From Desulfocapsaceae bacterium (GTDB taxonomy: Bacteria; Desulfobacterota; Desulfobulbia; Desulfobulbales; Desulfocapsaceae): a stretch of DNA of 63,130 nucleotides. Location of the stretch: NCBI GenBank assembly GCA_030065655.1, contig JASJDT010000021.1, positions 1 to 63,130 on the forward strand, written 5' to 3'. The notes beneath the pieces were generated by a model. It did not search any database. It was not told the origin of the DNA and worked only from the letters and a program-made list of their open reading frames with translations. Positions 60,031 through 63,130 of this stretch are shown here, piece after piece (position 1 is the stretch's first letter; each line of letters opens with the position of its first letter). The translations under genes and the position numbers were made by a program.

Positions 60031-61617
60031 ATGCCAGCAAACGAAGAACGACTCATAGAAGACCACCAGAAGGTCATTCAAACCATAAGAAAATATACCA
60101 ATATTTTCCTTGTCAACACCTCGGGTGATCCCCCCGACGAATATGACATTGAATACAAGGTACGGGGTTATGCTTTAACCACGGATGGTAAGGTCGTCAC
60201 CAGAAAGCATCATCGGATTAAAATAAAAATACCCTTCGGTTACCCTCATTTTCCTCCGACAATCAAACCGCTCAGCCCTATATTTCACCCAGAGGTAGAT
60301 GATTATGTAATGCCCATTGCCAACTATTGGGAGGAAAATAAATCACTGCCTGACCTGATCATCCATATCGGCAATATGCTCTGCGGAGCGGTTTACAAAA
60401 CCGACTCGGCATTCAATGAGAAAGCTGCGGAATATTATCAGAAGCATCGTAAAGAGCTGCCGCTCGATTCTCTCCAGCTCGTCAAAAAGAGTAAACGACG
60501 TGCCGGTCGTTCCATCTCTTTTGGTTTTCTCATCCCGGTTTTCAAGTCCCTGTTCTTCCTATTATTCCTCGCCATCATTGGTGTTGGCGGTTTGTTCTTC
60601 TACGAAAAATTGAAGATCCAGCAGGCTGGTGCGGTATTGACTAAGGCGGAAATCTATGAAGTTGACAAGGATTTCGAAAAAGCTCAGCAAACCGCCCAGA
60701 AAGCCTTGAAGAGTCTGGACAATTTTTACCTATTGGAGCACTCGCAAACGGCCATGCAGAAAGAGATAGAGGATTTTCTCCAATCGGAATCACTCCTCCA
60801 GGGTTTGCAAGGCAATATTCGCTACGGTAATAAATATGTCAGCATCACGGATGTTCAGAAAATCAATTTCTTTAAAGATCTGGTAGCTGATGCTGAGATC
60901 TCCATGAACAAAGATGCACATGCGCAGGCCATCCAAACTTTTGAGAAAGCGCTTGATTATGCCACATCAAACAGTCTTGATGTGGATACAGGTGAAATAA
61001 GAAATACTTTAGTACATTTAAAATTCCAGGTTTTGCAAAAAGAAGCTGAAGAGGCACATGAGAATAAGAACTGGGAGGAAGCAGTTAGCAGACACCAGCA
61101 GATTCTTGAGTTTATTGAAAATAACAGAGAAAACCTGAAAGACACCAAGAAACAGGAAGACTCCTTCAAACATATGTTGCTCGTAGCTCAGATAGCCCAT
61201 CACTCGCAGGAAGCCGTCAACTCAGAAAAGGCTGGTGAATTCGCCCTTGCCCTCCAGCATCATCAGACTCTGGTCGATCTCATCGGCAATTCCGAGTCCG
61301 GTGACAGTGCCACCATGAAGAACACCTTGGCCGATTCAGTCCAGCAAGTGGCTACCCTTCAGGAGAAGTTACGCCTGCAGAAACAGCGCCTCTGGCTGCT
61401 TAAAAACTACAAAGAAATCTTTAAGATACACTATCCAACCGTACTTTCTTCCAGTCTCCAGAATCCCCAGGCGCTCTTCCTCAAATACGATGGCATCAAC
61501 AGTGTCTTTGACCTGAGCTGCCTAGAAAAGGGAGCGGGTACCGTCGTCAGGCTGCGGGTCTATTATCAATTTAATCCCGAAACCGGCGAGTGGTCAATTT
61601 ACGACGAAAAGGCTTGA
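60031..61617 (+). CDS. Membrane-anchored protein: N-terminal E2/UBC-like (UEV-type) domain, one TM helix, C-terminal TPR-like helical region
   Basis: I.IPFGYPHFPP.I..LSPIFHPEV...W....SL.DLI..I..ML...AFNEKAA.YY matches the UBC pattern. A basic stretch precedes a hydrophobic helix (aa ~161-191), followed by helical repeats. Confidence 0.75.
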   Translation: MPANEERLIEDHQKVIQTIRKYTNIFLVNTSGDPPDEYDIEYKVRGYALTTDGKVVTRKHHRIKIKIPFGYPHFPPTIKPLSPIFHPEVDDYVMPIANYWEENKSLPDLIIHIGNMLCGAVYKTDSAFNEKAAEYYQKHRKELPLDSLQLVKKSKRRAGRSISFGFLIPVFKSLFFLLFLAIIGVGGLFFYEKLKIQQAGAVLTKAEIYEVDKDFEKAQQTAQKALKSLDNFYLLEHSQTAMQKEIEDFLQSESLLQGLQGNIRYGNKYVSITDVQKINFFKDLVADAEISMNKDAHAQAIQTFEKALDYATSNSLDVDTGEIRNTLVHLKFQVLQKEAEEAHENKNWEEAVSRHQQILEFIENNRENLKDTKKQEDSFKHMLLVAQIAHHSQEAVNSEKAGEFALALQHHQTLVDLIGNSESGDSATMKNTLADSVQQVATLQEKLRLQKQRLWLLKNYKEIFKIHYPTVLSSSLQNPQALFLKYDGINSVFDLSCLEKGAGTVVRLRVYYQFNPETGEWSIYDEKA

Positions 61618-61899
61618 GCACTGAAACAGCCGGCTCTCTCAAAAACTTATCTTTTCCAATTTAAAGCTCTAGCCCTGATTCCTCAACAGCCGAGAATGCG
61701 AGGTACAAAGCAATAGGCTATGGTTGCTTGCGAAGCCTACGCTTATCTGCCTCTTGCTTTGGTAAGGCTGCAGAGTCGGTGAGATCGGCTGGCCTTTGGT
61801 GAAGATAGTATTGATTGAGAGGGCAGAAAACCAAAAGGTTAGAAGTCGAAATCCCAATATTTTTTTAAAATTTAACACAATGTTCATGAGAAATCCGGG

Positions 61900-62565
61900 C
61901 TAGGACACAATCTCACCATTGGCCATTTCCAAGATCCGTTCAGCCCGCTTGGCATACAGCGGCTCATGGGTAACCATCACCACGGTCAGACCATCTTTAT
62001 GTAATTCTTCCAGCAGGTGGATGATCTCTTCACCGGTCTTCTGATCAAGGCTGCCAGTTGGCTCGTCAGCAAAGAGAACCCTGGCCGACTTCACCATCGC
62101 CCTGGCAATGGCAACACGCTGTTGTTCGCCACCGGAGAGTTTACCGGGTAGCCTGTCTTTCTTATCAGCCAGTCCGATGCGATCCAGACAATGTTCAGCC
62201 CGGGCGACAATATCCCTCGGTACCGGAGCAAAGGAACTCATAAAGGGCAGCAGGGTATTTTGCATCACTGTGAGATAGGGCAGTAAGTGATGAAACTGGA
62301 AAATGATCGCAAAATCTTTTTGGCGAAGCGTGTTAAGATGCTCAGCCGATGCCGAAGCTAGATCGTTCTTGTGGTAATAGAGTTTTCCTTCATCGGGGTG
62401 GACCAATGTGGAGAGAACATTGAGCAAAGTGGTCTTGCCGGATCCGGACCTGCCCACGATCGACAGAAATTCTCCCTCCTCTATTTCGAGACTGACATTC
62501 CGCAGTACCTGTATTTTCTCGCCGCCATTGTTAAAGAATTTATTTAAATTCTGAGCGTACAACAT
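61900..62565 (-). CDS. ABC transporter ATP-binding protein (LolD/MacB family)
   Basis: [34 protein letters not shown]. Confidence 0.93.
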   Translation of the reverse strand: MLYAQNLNKFFNNGGEKIQVLRNVSLEIEEGEFLSIVGRSGSGKTTLLNVLSTLVHPDEGKLYYHKNDLASASAEHLNTLRQKDFAIIFQFHHLLPYLTVMQNTLLPFMSSFAPVPRDIVARAEHCLDRIGLADKKDRLPGKLSGGEQQRVAIARAMVKSARVLFADEPTGSLDQKTGEEIIHLLEELHKDGLTVVMVTHEPLYAKRAERILEMANGEIVS

Positions 62566-62574
62566 GCTGATCTC

Positions 62575-63129
62575 CTAAAATGATACCAATGCCTGAGATG
62601 GTTCGGTAACTGCACCTTTCCAGGCTGGATATAAAGCGGCAAGCAAGGCCACAAAAGCAAAGAGCAGCGCGCTGCCCATCAGTTGACCACCACTGAATAC
62701 TGGTTGAAAACTGTCCGAAAGCTGAAGAATATCAAGCGCTTTGAAACTTGCGCCATACCCCGCCAGATATCCGCAGATACCAGCCGCCATACCGATAAGT
62801 GCGGCTTCGGCACAGAATATGGTAAATACCTGGGATTTTGCATAGCCAAGTGATCGGAGAATACCGATATCCTTCTTCCTCTCGTTTACCGCCGAAAGCA
62901 TGGACAGACCAATCATTGCCGCAGCCGTCACCAGGATAACGATACTGATGGAAAACGCCAGCTGCTGAACAAAGGTGATTGATTCCATGCGTTGATTGAC
63001 GATATTTTGCAGCGCTTTGATATCGGCGCCCGGCAGGTTGGTCCGTATCTGTGCGACAATATCATCAATCGGACATCCTGAACAAAGGGCGGCAACCTCG
63101 ATAAAGCTGACCCCATCTGGTTTATCGAG
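62575..63129 (-). CDS. ABC transporter permease (FtsX/MacB family), 5'-partial
   Basis: The frame is open to the window edge. ERKKDIGILRSLG and YPAW.......P.QAL motifs. Confidence 0.88.
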   Translation of the reverse strand, partial: LDKPDGVSFIEVAALCSGCPIDDIVAQIRTNLPGADIKALQNIVNQRMESITFVQQLAFSISIVILVTAAAMIGLSMLSAVNERKKDIGILRSLGYAKSQVFTIFCAEAALIGMAAGICGYLAGYGASFKALDILQLSDSFQPVFSGGQLMGSALLFAFVALLAALYPAWKGAVTEPSQALVSF

Positions 63130-63130
63130 C

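Noticed and set aside
57070-61617. A complete bacterial ubiquitination or defence operon
   Set aside because: There is no E1, ubiquitin-like, JAB or CD-NTase gene in the window, and the E2-like domain lacks its catalytic Cys. Only the single-protein observation is kept.
61669-61887. 72-aa ORF after the ABC ATPase
   Set aside because: It has no RBS or motif and is probably intergenic sequence between convergent genes.

Overview
From about 870 onward the window is gene-dense chromosome of a probable Desulfobacterota member (Desulfobulbales/Desulfocapsaceae-like; this taxonomy is inferred from protein style and gene context, not from a search). It holds a TonB-dependent receptor-YfiR-CHASE8/HAMP histidine kinase operon, an ErcA/ErcS-like pair, a nine-gene fatty-acid beta-oxidation cluster, a CoA-Nudix/NRDE(TANGO2)/sthA/Nudix operon, housekeeping genes (rnhA, tgt-yajC, glk, mscS, guaBA, rpsA-ihf, DEAD-box helicase, ilvD, holA, clpSA), a PilT-family ATPase with a Zn-ribbon partner, a korCAB-type oxidoreductase and an orphan TRAP DctP. 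Three things stand out. (1) A predicted membrane-anchored protein with an N-terminal ubiquitin-conjugating-enzyme (E2/UBC)-like domain lacking the catalytic Cys lies just downstream of clpS-clpA. (2) A YfiR signalling module has a TonB-dependent receptor and a histidine kinase in place of YfiB and the diguanylate cyclase. (3) The first ~868 nt look animal-derived (3' end of a LINE retrotransposon with AATAAA and a TTGAAC tail) and cut off the bacterial kinase gene, so the contig end is probably chimeric. No rRNA, tRNA, CRISPR array or transposase was recognised. All calls are by eye, without database searches.
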